Positions 15,562-29,566 of a stretch of DNA of 64,000 nt are shown here, in pieces; position 1 is the stretch's first letter; the number at the start of each line of letters is the position of its first letter. A program made the position numbers and the translations under genes. Under the pieces are notes generated by a model that was not told the origin of the DNA, ran no database searches, and saw only the letters and a program-made list of their open reading frames with translations. Source of the DNA: Eledone cirrhosa (lineage: Eukaryota); contig OZ024749.1 in NCBI GenBank assembly GCA_964016885.1, forward strand, positions 18,352,001-18,416,000, given 5' to 3'.

Positions 15562-16792
15562 ATATAAATATATATATTCATATATATATATAAATATATG
15601 ATAAAGAACACAAGAGCGTCTACAACATCAAAATATTTTTATTGGCTTACAATGTTTCTCCCTTACGTAACCGTAGGATTCGTCAGAGCTATAAAAGAGG
15701 TTTGATTGGTGTTTGATTGGTGTTATGGACACCAAAGTTCTACGTTCGGGGCAATAGAATTGAATCCAACCACCGACAACATAGTTGGATGACCGATAAT
15801 CACACCAAACCGGAGTACTGTGATCCTTGTGATTTCGAGATATACAACCACTGACACTGTTACGAAGACCAGAAAACCATACTCCATAATATTGAAACAA
15901 GTGATTGATTTGTGCGACCAAAATAACACCACACACATATTGAACTAGGAATATTGGATCCTCCGTCAATGTCTGGGTGAGCAAAAATAGATTTCTATCT
16001 GCATTGGAATTTACGAACTTGTGCATCTGCTGTGGTGTCAAAAACAAACGCACATGACCGCACAGATAAACAATGGACTATGCCACGTGACTTGAACCTG
16101 TAAGTGAATTGAAGGTTCTGTAACTCTGATATACAGATTATTTATTATTAAGATGTATAAACTTGACATAACTATTATCATCTTATATTCTCTCAACTAA
16201 TCACATTTGATCATATTTCTCTATCCCGTTTTCTCCCCCCCCCATAATTATAATATTTTTATTTGAAAAAATCGTTTTTTTTACGTTGTGTTTTCCCCTT
16301 CAAATACTTGCTTATATTTCTTTATATATTCTCTATATATTTTTTTATATATATATTTTTTATCTTTATTCTTATTTTCACTTTTATCCTCCTTTATATT
16401 TTACCTTATTCTTACTTTTATACCTTATTATAGTGTAATCTTCCCCATGCCTTATTATACATTATTAATTATAGATTATTATTATTAATCTTTTTCCATT
16501 TCTAATTACCTCATGTACTTTCTCCTCCGTTCTCTATATATTGTATGCCCTTTGTGTTTGTGTAGCCTCTGCACACCCTCTGCACCCTACTATCGACGCC
16601 ACCCCATCTATGGTTCAGCTAACCACTCGACTCCCGGGAATGAATAGTAAACGCAGCTAGTAAACAAGGACCCACACCCCACCCTCCTGCACCAAAATTA
16701 GACTTATCGTCCCCTACTTTTGCTCTTTACTCTCTTTACTCTTTGTTCTTGAATGTTTGGTTGGTAGAGTCCATAACACCAATCAAACCCCT

Positions 16793-16850
16793 TTTATAGC
16801 TCTGACGAATCCTACGGTTACGTAAGGAAGAAACATTGTAAGCCAATAAA
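16793..16850 (+). ncRNA. Hammerhead ribozyme (family C; copies at 21749-21806 + and 15642-15695 -)
   Basis: GCU-CUGACGA-AUCCUACG GUUA CGUAAGGAA-GAAA-CAUUG-UA-AGC. Confidence 0.7.
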
Positions 16851-17066
16851 AATATTTTGATGTTGTAGACGCTCTTGTGTTCTTTATCATATATACGGCT
16901 CTGCTCCAAAGCATAGAGCTAATTATTATGCTGCCAATACCTTAATGGGACACGGGGATACAATACCTAACTCCTATTAACCAAAGTATTTCTACGGCTC
17001 CCCCCGGTTGAGCTAAATCCTTATAACCTGTCCACCTTGTGTGTATGATTATAATTGATTGGCAGC

Positions 17067-19583
17067 ATGCTAACTAAAGACTACCTACCTATATCACTCA
17101 AGAAGATCCCAACCCCATCCAGGACTACTTATGAGAAATTACTGATAGCTAGTGTCAACTCCTTCGTTAAGCGTATTAGATGGCGCACTTTCCACTTCGA
17201 TAAGAGAAATAAGAAATCAACCACGGTGTCCCCCAATAATAAATTCGGTTTTAAAACCTATAACTCGCCCATAACTCCATGGATTTGAGAATGACCTCCT
17301 ATCACTAGTAAGGAATATTAAGTTTAACAACCCCCATGGGAATAGCAACAAATTCCGGATGAAACTGAAAGGGCTTTAACGATAAAAGAGATATCCTGGT
17401 CACCTTGGATAAAACCAGAAATATTTATAGCTTAAATTATGATACGTATCGCAGGTTTATATACAATGAATTAAATAGAAACTATAAAAAGACAACAAGC
17501 GCAAACTTAGATGAAATTAATAAGGAAGCATGCGCCATAGTGGATAAACTAGGCCTGGAAAAGTATACCCAACCATATACCCCTAGGCAACCCAGGTTCC
17601 CCCTTAAAGACCATAAGGATGACTTCATTAGTAAACCCTCTGTTAGATTAATTAGCCCATCGAAGTCAGATATAGGAATTATCAGTAAGAAAATTTTAGA
17701 CGGCGTTATACCCACCATCAGGAGGAAAATAAATCTAGAGCTATGGGAGAATACGGAAGAGGTTTGAAATGGTTCTCAAGCCTTAGCAACCATAAATCCC
17801 TTAAATTTATACAATTCGACATCGATGCGTACTACACCTCAATCTCCCCCATACTCCTTAATAAGGCCCTAATCATGGTCATGCAGAAAAGTGACCTCAC
17901 TAGGTCTCAAATTGATGTCATTCTTGCGGCCCGGAAAACGATAATCACATTTGAGGACGAGTTGTGGACCCGCAAGAATACGCCCAATAACTTCGACATC
18001 ACAATGGGATCTAGTGACTCTGCACAAGTAACGGACCTCGTAGGATTGTACCTCTTAAAGGAGTTACATGAGACATTACCGCACTTGAAGGGCGGCTTAT
18101 ACCGTGATGACGCCCTCCTCACTCTCGAGTATAAAAAGTGCAATATAGAAAGAACTAGGAAACAGTTACGTAGGTTCTTTAAAAACTTTAATCTAAGTAT
18201 TACCATAGATGCAAATGACAAAACAGTAAACTTCCTAGACGCCACCCTTGACCTAGAAACTAAAACATTTGCACCCTACCATAAACCTAACGATAGACTA
18301 ACATATGTAAACGCCAGCTCCAACCACCCCAAATCAGTCCTAAACGCTATTCCCAAAGGGGTCTCTAATAGAATTAGCAGACTGTCCTGTAATGAGAGTA
18401 TCTTCAACTCCAATGCAGAGTATTATGACAAGGCCCTAGCAGAATCTGGTTACGGGAGTAGATTATCATATATACATAAGGACTCCCAAACCATGAGTGT
18501 GAAACCTACCAACATAATCACACATAGTATGGCCACAAAGCCTAACCAACTTAGAGGCAAGAATAATAGTAAGAACCCTAATGGCGGTAACCCAGCTAAA
18601 TGTAAACCACGTAAAGACAATACTAGAGTCCATCACCACAACTCTAAAACAGCAAATGATCACGCCATGAATATAAACCACCCGGGCTTAAGCAAAACAG
18701 ACAACGCCACTAACGTTAATAACGGAACCCTACAAAATAGTACGCACAGTAGCGAGACTCACCCCACAGATAAGAAAAATAGAAGAAGAAAAAACATGTA
18801 TTTTAACCCAGCTTTTAACTCTGAGGTCCTCACTAACCTCCCCAGAGTATTCTTCTCATTATTAGAAAAAAACTTCCCACCAGGCAATAGATATCGCAAT
18901 ATAATTAACAAAAACGTGATTAAATTATCCTATTCGACCACACATAACCTCGCATCACACCTAGCACGCACGAGCATTAGGAAAACTAGGGAAGGTTTCG
19001 AAGCAATTAAAATGGCAGTTAACCACCAGCAACCGACTACACTGGAAAATGGGCAACATAATAGCATCAATGAGCCATCTAATGATATAGAGGCACCTAG
19101 TGATAATGCTAGTAACCAAAGTTCGGGAGGTACGCTAACTAATCGAACCCGCAGTTGCAATTGTAGGCGGAGTAGTAACTGTCCCCTAAGGGGGATTGCC
19201 TCATGAAAAACATCGTATATGCATGTGACGTAACCACACACAACTCTACCAAAACATATATAGGAGCAACGTCCAATACATTTAAAACTAGATTTAACGC
19301 GCATATGTACACATTTAGGCACGATAGACATAAGAATGCCACCTCACTGGCGGTATACATCTCCTTTTTAAAAAATAATAGTACCCCATACAAACTTTTT
19401 TGGAAGAAGCTTACTAGATCCACGCCATACCGACCGCAGAGCGGGAGTTGTGACCTGTGTTTACTGGAATGCCATGCCATAATACACTCTAAACTGAACC
19501 TGCTTAACAGGAAATCGGAAATTTTCTCCTCTTGCCAACACAAAATCCTGAGTTCCTTCTTCTATTTTAAACCTAGCACATAG
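17067..19583 (+). pseudogene. Frameshifted PLE RT + GIY-YIG polyprotein
   Basis: ORF pieces 17055, 17405, 17743 and 19203 give [75 protein letters not shown] and CDLCLLE. Confidence 0.9.
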
Positions 19584-19873
19584 TCGTAACATATATTACG
19601 CAACCCCCACCTAGACATACCCCTCCTTGACTATAGCCCCCCCCAACCCGTAGCCCAGATAGATAGGTAGCCTAAGGGTGGAACAGTCCGCTACAAAGTT
19701 GGTGTTGTTGTGTGTGTTTATTGTGTGTGTGTGTATATGTGTGTATGTGTGTGTATGTGTGTGTGTATTCTCCTTTTCTCTCTCTCACACACACACACAC
19801 AGACATATGTATATGTGTGTGCGTACGTGTGTGCATGCATGCATGCATATGTGCGTGCATTGTATACATGTAT

Positions 19874-19948
<75 letters not shown>

Positions 19949-21967
19949 TGTATGCATGTGTATTATATTGTGTGTATGTGTATATGTGATATGTATGTGT
20001 ATATATGTATGTATGTGTAGGTGTGTGTAGGTGTGTGTATATGATGTGTGTATATATGTGTATATGTATGTATATTTTTTCTGTAGAAGTCTTCTGTATA
20101 TGTGGTGTTTGGCATGAATTCCTCCTATAATACTCTTCTTTGAGAGGAGCACGATATGTAGAGTAACACATATGTATTGTCGAAGTTGAAACTGAAAACC
20201 ACCACCCCTCCTGCTGACCCAAATGTTTACTGAGGACCAGAACACCATTCTCCGCAATATAAGAGAGGAATGCGCTTGCCGGACTATTGATGACCATAAC
20301 ATCACATTCCAAGGTAATGGCAAACACAGTGAATGCTAAACACGACCAGAACACCACAGCATGCGCATCGGAGCAACAGAGATATAATATCAATAAGCGA
20401 ATCAATTGAATTTTTTGAGTTGAAATACATATAAATATGTGTCTGTGTGTATCGGACACACGTACACATAAAGAAACTGCTGACCTAAATGTACCTGTCA
20501 TGCCTGTCTGAATTCCTAAGAGAATTTTCGGTCAGTTACTATCTTGACCGATTAACCCCACAATTACTACGTAGCGGTTCTTGCACGTGACTGCTGGACC
20601 CGAATGAAACGAAGAAGAAGAATTTCCTTGCGTACCGTTTTGTACCACAGATGCGATCTCACTCTGCCTCGTTAATGTTCAATCGACACCAAAGTTCTAC
20701 GTTCGGGGCAATAGAATTGAATCCAACCACCGACAACATAGTTGGATGACCGATAATCACACCAAACCGGAGTACTGTGACCCTTGTGATTTCGAGATAT
20801 ACAACCACTGACACTGTTACGAAGACCAGAAAACCATACTCCATAATATTGAAACAAGTGATTGATTTGTGCGACCAAAATAATACCACACACATATTGA
20901 ACTAGGAATATTGGATCCTCCGTCAATGTCTGGGTGAGAAAAAATAGATTTCTATCTGCATTGGAATTTACGAACTTGTGCATCTGCTGTGGTGTCAAAA
21001 ACAAACGCACATGACCGCACAGATAAACAATGGACTATGCCACGTGACTTGAACCTGTAAGTGAATTGAAGGTTCTGTAACTCTGATATACAGATTATTT
21101 ATTATTAAGATGTATAAACTTGACATAACTATTATCATCTTATATTCTCTCAACTAATCACATTTGATCATATTTCTCTATCCCGTTTTCTCCCCCCCCC
21201 ATAATTATAATATTTTTATTTGAAAAAATCGGTTTTTTTACATTGTGTTTTCCCCTTCAAATACTTGCTTATATTTCTTTATATATTCTCTATATATGTT
21301 TTTATATATATATTTTTTATCTTTATTCTTATATTCACTTTTATCCTCCTTTATATTTTACCTTATTCTTACTTTTATACCTTATTATAGTGTAATCTTC
21401 CCCATGCCTTATTATACATTATTAATTATAGATTATTATTATTACTCTTTTTCCATTTCTAATTACCTCATGTACTTTCTCCTCCGTTCTATATATATTG
21501 TATGCCCTTTGTGTTTGTGTAGCCTCTGCACACCCTCTGCACCCTATTATCGACGCCACCCCATCTATGGTTCAGCTAACCACTCGACTCCCGGGAATGA
21601 ATATGACCGTAGCTAGTAAACAAGGACCCACACCCCACCCTCCCGCACCAAAATTAGACTTATCGTCCCCTACTTTTGCTCTTTACTCTCTTTACTCTTT
21701 GTTCTTGAATGTTTGGTTGGTAGAGTCCATAACACCAATCAAACCCCTTTTATAGCTCTGACGAATCCTACGGTTACGTAAGGAAGAAACATTGTAAGCC
21801 AATAAAAATATTTTGATGTTGTAAACGCTCTTGTGTTCTTTATCATATATACGGCTCTGCTCCAAAGCATAGAGCTAATTATTATGCTGCCAATACCTTA
21901 ATGGGACACGGGGATACAATACCTAACTCCTATTAACCTATGTATATATAAATATATATATATATAA

Positions 21968-22035
<68 letters not shown>

Positions 22036-22037
22036 AT

Positions 22038-22098
<61 letters not shown>

Positions 22099-22958
22099 GT
22101 TATTCCGGGTTGAATCGGAGGTAACCACAGTAAGTAAGGTACTCAATACATAGCAGAGTATAACAGTTTTAATATAGATGAGATTCTACAGGACTAGAAC
22201 TGTTTCATTCATTAGAAATCATCAGGAATCTGGATATCAAAAAATAAATATGGTATTTATAGGTCTCTACAAGTGGTAGGAGAGGGTGGGGAGTTGGATG
22301 GGTGCAGGTCATTGGTTGATAGAAAAGGGAATTCATTAAAAGCTAATTCTACAAAGCTATAGTTAATTTTTATTTTTATTTATATTTATTTATGTTTTTA
22401 GAGTAACAAAGGCAGACAGAATTCTATAAACAGGTTCCGGATGGCATACCATTCCTTGTCAATAAGTTTCTCTTAAGCTAACAGATGTCTATAAAATCAG
22501 TGGGGGGTCAGTCAAGCTCGATAGAGTTAAAGAAGAGGGAGATTCTTTAAAAGCTAAAGTCATTAAGGTTCTACTAAGTGACAAAGGTCTAGGGAATTCT
22601 GCAGACAGATTCAAAATACTGAGTGCATATCTTACTATTATCTTCGAACTTCTCTTAAACTAATCAACAATATGCCAAAATCAACAGACACATTCACAAA
22701 AAAACAAAAAAACAAAAAAACAAAAAAACAGAAAAACAAAAAAACACACATAAAAAACAAAAAAAACACACATACTCACTCACACACTTACGCGCAACCA
22801 TAAACACACACACAAACACATATACACACATAAAAACACACACACATATATAAAAAATATATAAATATATATAAAAAAATATATATTCATGTACACACAC
22901 ATACATACACACATACATACATACATACATATATAAAATACATATACACATATACATA

Positions 22959-23032
<74 letters not shown>

Positions 23033-23059
23033 CATACATACATATATATATACAAACAC

Positions 23060-23103
<44 letters not shown>

Positions 23104-23141
23104 ACACACACATATATATACATATATATATATATACATAC

Positions 23142-23214
<73 letters not shown>

Positions 23215-23371
23215 GACATACACATACATACACACACACACACATATATATACACAAATAAATAGACTCACACGCATACATACAAACACGAGTATACATA
23301 TGTATAAATATCTATACACACACACATATATATATATATACATATACATACACATATATATACATATACAT

Positions 23372-23444
<73 letters not shown>

Positions 23445-23477
23445 TATATATATATATATCTATACACACACATACAA

Positions 23478-23517
<40 letters not shown>

Positions 23518-23668
23518 ATACATACACAAACATACACATACATACACAGACCTATACATAAATATACACATATATATACAGACATATAACGCACATATAC
23601 ACACACATATATACATACACATACATATACACATACATATACATATATATACATATATATATATATAC

Positions 23669-23748
<80 letters not shown>

Positions 23749-23758
23749 ATACACATAC

Positions 23759-23810
<52 letters not shown>

Positions 23811-23872
23811 GCGCATACACACATACACACACCCACACACAAAATATATATACACACACACTCTCTCTCATG

Positions 23873-23910
<38 letters not shown>

Positions 23911-23947
23911 CACACACACATACACACACACATACACATATATATAC

Positions 23948-23979
<32 letters not shown>

Positions 23980-23983
23980 GCAC

Positions 23984-24014
<31 letters not shown>

Positions 24015-24061
24015 TACATATACATATATACATATACACACATATATATATATACATATAC

Positions 24062-24107
<46 letters not shown>

Positions 24108-24177
24108 ATACATACACACATACATACATATACATGCATACATATATATATATATATACATACACACATATATATAT

Positions 24178-24218
<41 letters not shown>

Positions 24219-24350
24219 TACATATACACATATATATACACACATATACACACACATACATACATACACACATACACAGACATATACATAAACATACACA
24301 CACACATACACACGTATACATACATACATACATACACATACATACACACA

Positions 24351-24420
<70 letters not shown>

Positions 24421-24576
24421 CATACATATACACAAACACATACATACATATACATACAAAAATATACACACATAAAACACATATACACACAAACATATAT
24501 ATATACACATACACATACATAAATATATATATATATATACATACATATACACACACATATATACATATATACATAC

Positions 24577-24625
<49 letters not shown>

Positions 24626-24692
24626 TATACATATACACATATATATATATATATACACATATACATATATACATATATACATATATACATAC

Positions 24693-24771
<79 letters not shown>

Positions 24772-24780
24772 TATACATAT

Positions 24781-24821
<41 letters not shown>

Positions 24822-24921
24822 TACATATATACATATACACAAACACATACATACATATACCTACATAAATATACACACATAAAACACATATACACACAAA
24901 CATATATATATACATATATAC

Positions 24922-24984
<63 letters not shown>

Positions 24985-25202
24985 TACACATATACACATA
25001 TACAAACAAATATATACACATACAAGTAAATAGGTACTCAATAAATATACGCATATACACAGGCACATAAAGACACCTCTACAGGCAGAAAATGTAGATA
25101 CGAAAGGGGTACTCACATGACCATAGTGGCCGTATTTCAGGTTGAGGAGGGTTGGGGGTAGGGTGGGGAGGAGGTATAGGGGCCAGTAGGGGGAGGTCGT
25201 TT

Positions 25203-26276
25203 TTAGCCATCGGGCTTTAACACTGGCTTAAAGTGTTTGAATGTTGCAAAGTTCTTGTGCATGCAGTTCGGGCAGTGTTCAGAGAGTTTGTTCAGTAGCG
25301 GGCCCTTGGCGAATAAAATTTCGTAGCTCTCTGAAATACAAAGGTCGCAGCCCTTGTGTCCTCCGTTGTAAGAGCGCGCTTTCTGGAGTATTTTCCAATT
25401 AAGCTTGAAGGGGGTGGAGTTCCTTTTGAGGTCCCAAACGTAGGAGGCGAGTGTTGTTTGATTTGATTTATCCGGTCTTCTGAAGGAGTGGGTATGGGCA
25501 TACCAGCGGGTCTTAAAGGTGTTGGAGGTCATGCCGATGTAAGTTTTTTTGCAATCCTCGGTGCCCGAGATGACATCGCATTTGTATACGATGTCATTTG
25601 TGAGGCATTTGTTTTCTAGTGGGCATGCTTCCTTATTTAGGCAATTACATAGAGCCCCAGTCCGGGGATTGGTTTCGGAGGTGGTTGGCTTATTTAGTTT
25701 AGAGTTGTGGTTGGCTATATTCCTAGCTAGGTTAGGTGTGGTGGAGTAAGAAAGTCTTATAGTGTTCTTATTAAAGATGGTGTAGTACCTATGTTGTATG
25801 GGGAAGTGTAATTTCAGTAAAGTGAAGAAAATCCTAGCTATCGGAGTAGATACCTCTCTATTGAAGGGAGGGTTGTACCAGCTAATCTGCCTATGTCTAT
25901 TCCTCCTCTGCAATTTTGCGGTGGTTTCTAGGTAAGTTATCTTATCTTTAAATCCGCTACGGGCTAGGGCGTCATTGTAGTAGGAGGCAGATGCATTAAA
26001 AATATCTTTGTTGGCGGAGAGGCCAGATATTCTAATAGAGACGCTTTTTACTAGGTTATCAGTAATGTTTTGGGGGTGGTTTGAATTAACATTAATATAT
26101 TTAAGGGACTCATTAGGTTTGTGGTACGGGTAATAGAGGGAAGTATCTAGGTCGAGAGTGACATCTAAGAAGTTGGCCCTAGTCAAATTAGAATCTATAG
26201 TTATACTAAATCCTAGATTAGAGAAGAAAGAGCTTAAGTTTTTCCGAAACCCATCGGTGGTTCTGGGGCTAACCAT
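25203..26276 (-). CDS. PLE RT thumb + GIY-YIG endonuclease (intact C-terminal 357 aa, 5'-truncated)
   Basis: [60 protein letters not shown]. Confidence 0.88.
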   Translation of the reverse strand: MVSPRTTDGFRKNLSSFFSNLGFSITIDSNLTRANFLDVTLDLDTSLYYPYHKPNESLKYINVNSNHPQNITDNLVKSVSIRISGLSANKDIFNASASYYNDALARSGFKDKITYLETTAKLQRRNRHRQISWYNPPFNREVSTPIARIFFTLLKLHFPIQHRYYTIFNKNTIRLSYSTTPNLARNIANHNSKLNKPTTSETNPRTGALCNCLNKEACPLENKCLTNDIVYKCDVISGTEDCKKTYIGMTSNTFKTRWYAHTHSFRRPDKSNQTTLASYVWDLKRNSTPFKLNWKILQKARSYNGGHKGCDLCISESYEILFAKGPLLNKLSEHCPNCMHKNFATFKHFKPVLKPDG

Positions 26277-26506
26277 ATATGTATATGTATGTATATATGT
26301 ATATATGTGTGTGTATATGTATGTATATATATATATATATTTATGTATATATATGTTTGTGTGTTTTATGTGTGTATATTTTTGTATGTATATGTATGTA
26401 TGTGTTTGTGTATATGTATGTATGTGTGTATGTTTATGTATATGTCTGTGTATGTGTGTATGTATGTATGTGTGTGTATATGTGTGTATATATATGTGTA
26501 TATGTA

Positions 26507-26549
<43 letters not shown>

Positions 26550-26619
26550 ATATATATATGTGTGTATGTATATATATATATATATGTATGCATGTATATG
26601 TATGTATGTGTGTATGTAT

Positions 26620-26687
<68 letters not shown>

Positions 26688-26734
26688 GTATATATATATA
26701 TATATATGTGTGTATATGTATATATGTATATGTA

Positions 26735-26765
<31 letters not shown>

Positions 26766-26769
26766 GTGC

Positions 26770-26891
<122 letters not shown>

Positions 26892-26956
26892 ATGTGTATA
26901 TATATATGTATATGATTGTGTGGGCAGGTGTGTGTATATATGTATATATGTGTATG

Positions 26957-27014
<58 letters not shown>

Positions 27015-27430
27015 TATGTGTATATATATGTATATATATGTGTATGTGTGTGTGTATGTGTGTGTGTATGTATATATATATATATATATATGTGCATGAG
27101 AGAGAGAGTGTGTGTGTATATATATTTTGTGTGTGGGTGTGTGTATGTGTGTATGCTGTGTGTGTATGTGTGTGTGTATAGATATTTATACATATGTATA
27201 CTCGTGTTTGTATGTATGCGTGTGAGTCTATTTATTTGTGTATATATATGTGTGTGTGTGTGTGTATGTATGTGTATGTCTGTGTGTGTGTGTATATATA
27301 TATATATTTATATATATGTATATATATATATGTATGTATATATATATATATGTATATATATGTGTGTGTGTGTGTATGTGTGTATATATATATATATATG
27401 TATATGTGTTTGTATATATATGTATGTATG

Positions 27431-27494
<64 letters not shown>

Positions 27495-28219
27495 CGTATG
27501 TATATGTGTATATGTATTTTATATATGTATGTATGTATGTGTGTATGTATGTGTGTGTACATGAATATATATTTTTTTATATATATTTATATATTTTTTA
27601 TATATGTGTGTGTGTTTTTATGTGTGTATATGTGTTTGTGTGTGTGTTTATGGTTGCGCGTAAGTGTGTGAGTGAGTATGTGTGTTTTTTTGTTTTTTAT
27701 GTGTGTTTTTTTTGTTTTTCTGTTTTTTTGTTTTTTTGTTTTTTTGTTTTTTTGTGAATGTGTCTGTTGATTTTGGCATATTGTTGATTAGTTTAAGAGA
27801 AGTTCGAAGATAATAGTAAGATATGCACTCAGTATTTTGAATCTGTCTGCAGAATTCCCTAGACCTTTGTCACTTAGTAGAACCTTAATGACTTTAGCTT
27901 TTAAAGAATCTCCCTCTTCTTTAACTCTATCGAGCTTGACTGACCCCCCACTGATTTTATAGACATCTGTTAGCTTAAGAGAAACTTATTGACAAGGAAT
28001 GGTATGCCATCCGGAACATGTTTATAGAATTCTGTCTGCCTTTGTTACTCTAAAAACATAAATAAATATAAATAAAAATAAAAATTAACTATAGCTTTGT
28101 AGAATTAGCTTTTAATGAATTCCCTTTTCTATCAACCAATGACCTGCACCCATCCAACTCCCCACCCTCTCCTACCACTTGTAGAGACCTATAAATACCA
28201 TATTTATTTTTTGATACCC

Positions 28220-28270
28220 AGATTCCTGATGATTTCTAATGAATGAAACAGTTCTAGTCCTGTAGAATCT
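28220..28270 (+). ncRNA. Canonical type I hammerhead ribozyme (copy at 22181-22231 on minus)
   Basis: AGAUUC-CUGAUGA-UUUC UAAU GAAU-GAAA-CAG UUCUAGUC CUG-UA-GAAUCU, with a 6-bp stem I and a true stem III. Confidence 0.8.
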
Positions 28271-28282
28271 CATCTATATTAA

Positions 28283-28394
<112 letters not shown>

Positions 28395-28407
28395 TTATAT
28401 ATATATT

Positions 28408-28472
<65 letters not shown>

Positions 28473-28556
28473 ATTTATATATATATATATATATAATATA
28501 TATACATATACATTGCTTTATTGTACTACAATAAAACTCACCTCCTACATATATAT

Positions 28557-28648
<92 letters not shown>

Positions 28649-28676
28649 TATATATATATAATATATATATATATAT

Positions 28677-28707
<31 letters not shown>

Positions 28708-28726
28708 ATTATATATATATATAATA

Positions 28727-28779
<53 letters not shown>

Positions 28780-28810
28780 ATATATTATATATATTATATA
28801 TATATATATT

Positions 28811-28845
<35 letters not shown>

Positions 28846-28910
28846 ATATTTATATATATAACTTATATATATATATAAATATATATATATATAAATATAT
28901 ATATATACTA

Positions 28911-28991
<81 letters not shown>

Positions 28992-29566
28992 TATATATGT
29001 AGGAGGTGAGTTTTATTGTAGTACAATAAAGCAATGCAGATATCGGATAAGAAGCACTCTACAGTTTGTAGGACTGGAGTATACATAATATATAAGATCA
29101 AAAGATGGTTAAAAGGGTTCCATGTATTTTATTATGCGCATTTCAAAAACAAATATCATCATGCAATAACATTTGTGTTTTGATCAGATAAAATAGGAAG
29201 ACATGATATGAAGGTTAAAAACCACTTGTGAATAGTGCAGTTTTAAATCAACATATGAAAAGTAGTTTTAGATTGATGTGTGATATTGGGAAAAAAATTT
29301 TGGTAGGGGGTTAATTATCTAAATGAGAATCCAAATAAAATAAAATAAAATAATATAAAATAAAATAAAATAAAATATATAATCAGATATAAACTCATAA
29401 GGTGTTAATAGTGAAAATATAATATTTAAGAAGAAAGATATGGTATGGTAGCCAAAAGACTATGAAAGCTAGATCGAAAAGCTGTTAAAAACCAATAATA
29501 ATAATAATGATAATGATGGAGGTAAACAAAATGAACCTAAACAAAAAAGATAAGGGAATATAGCAG

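Larger units (their letters stand above)
15596..21938 (+). mobile_element. Near full-length Naiad-type PLE (family C): short inverted end + pLTR + ORF + pLTR
   Basis: ~1.25-kb direct repeats at 15728-16982 and 20686-21938. 15596-15730 is an inverted copy of the pLTR end. Flanked by (TA)n. Confidence 0.9.
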
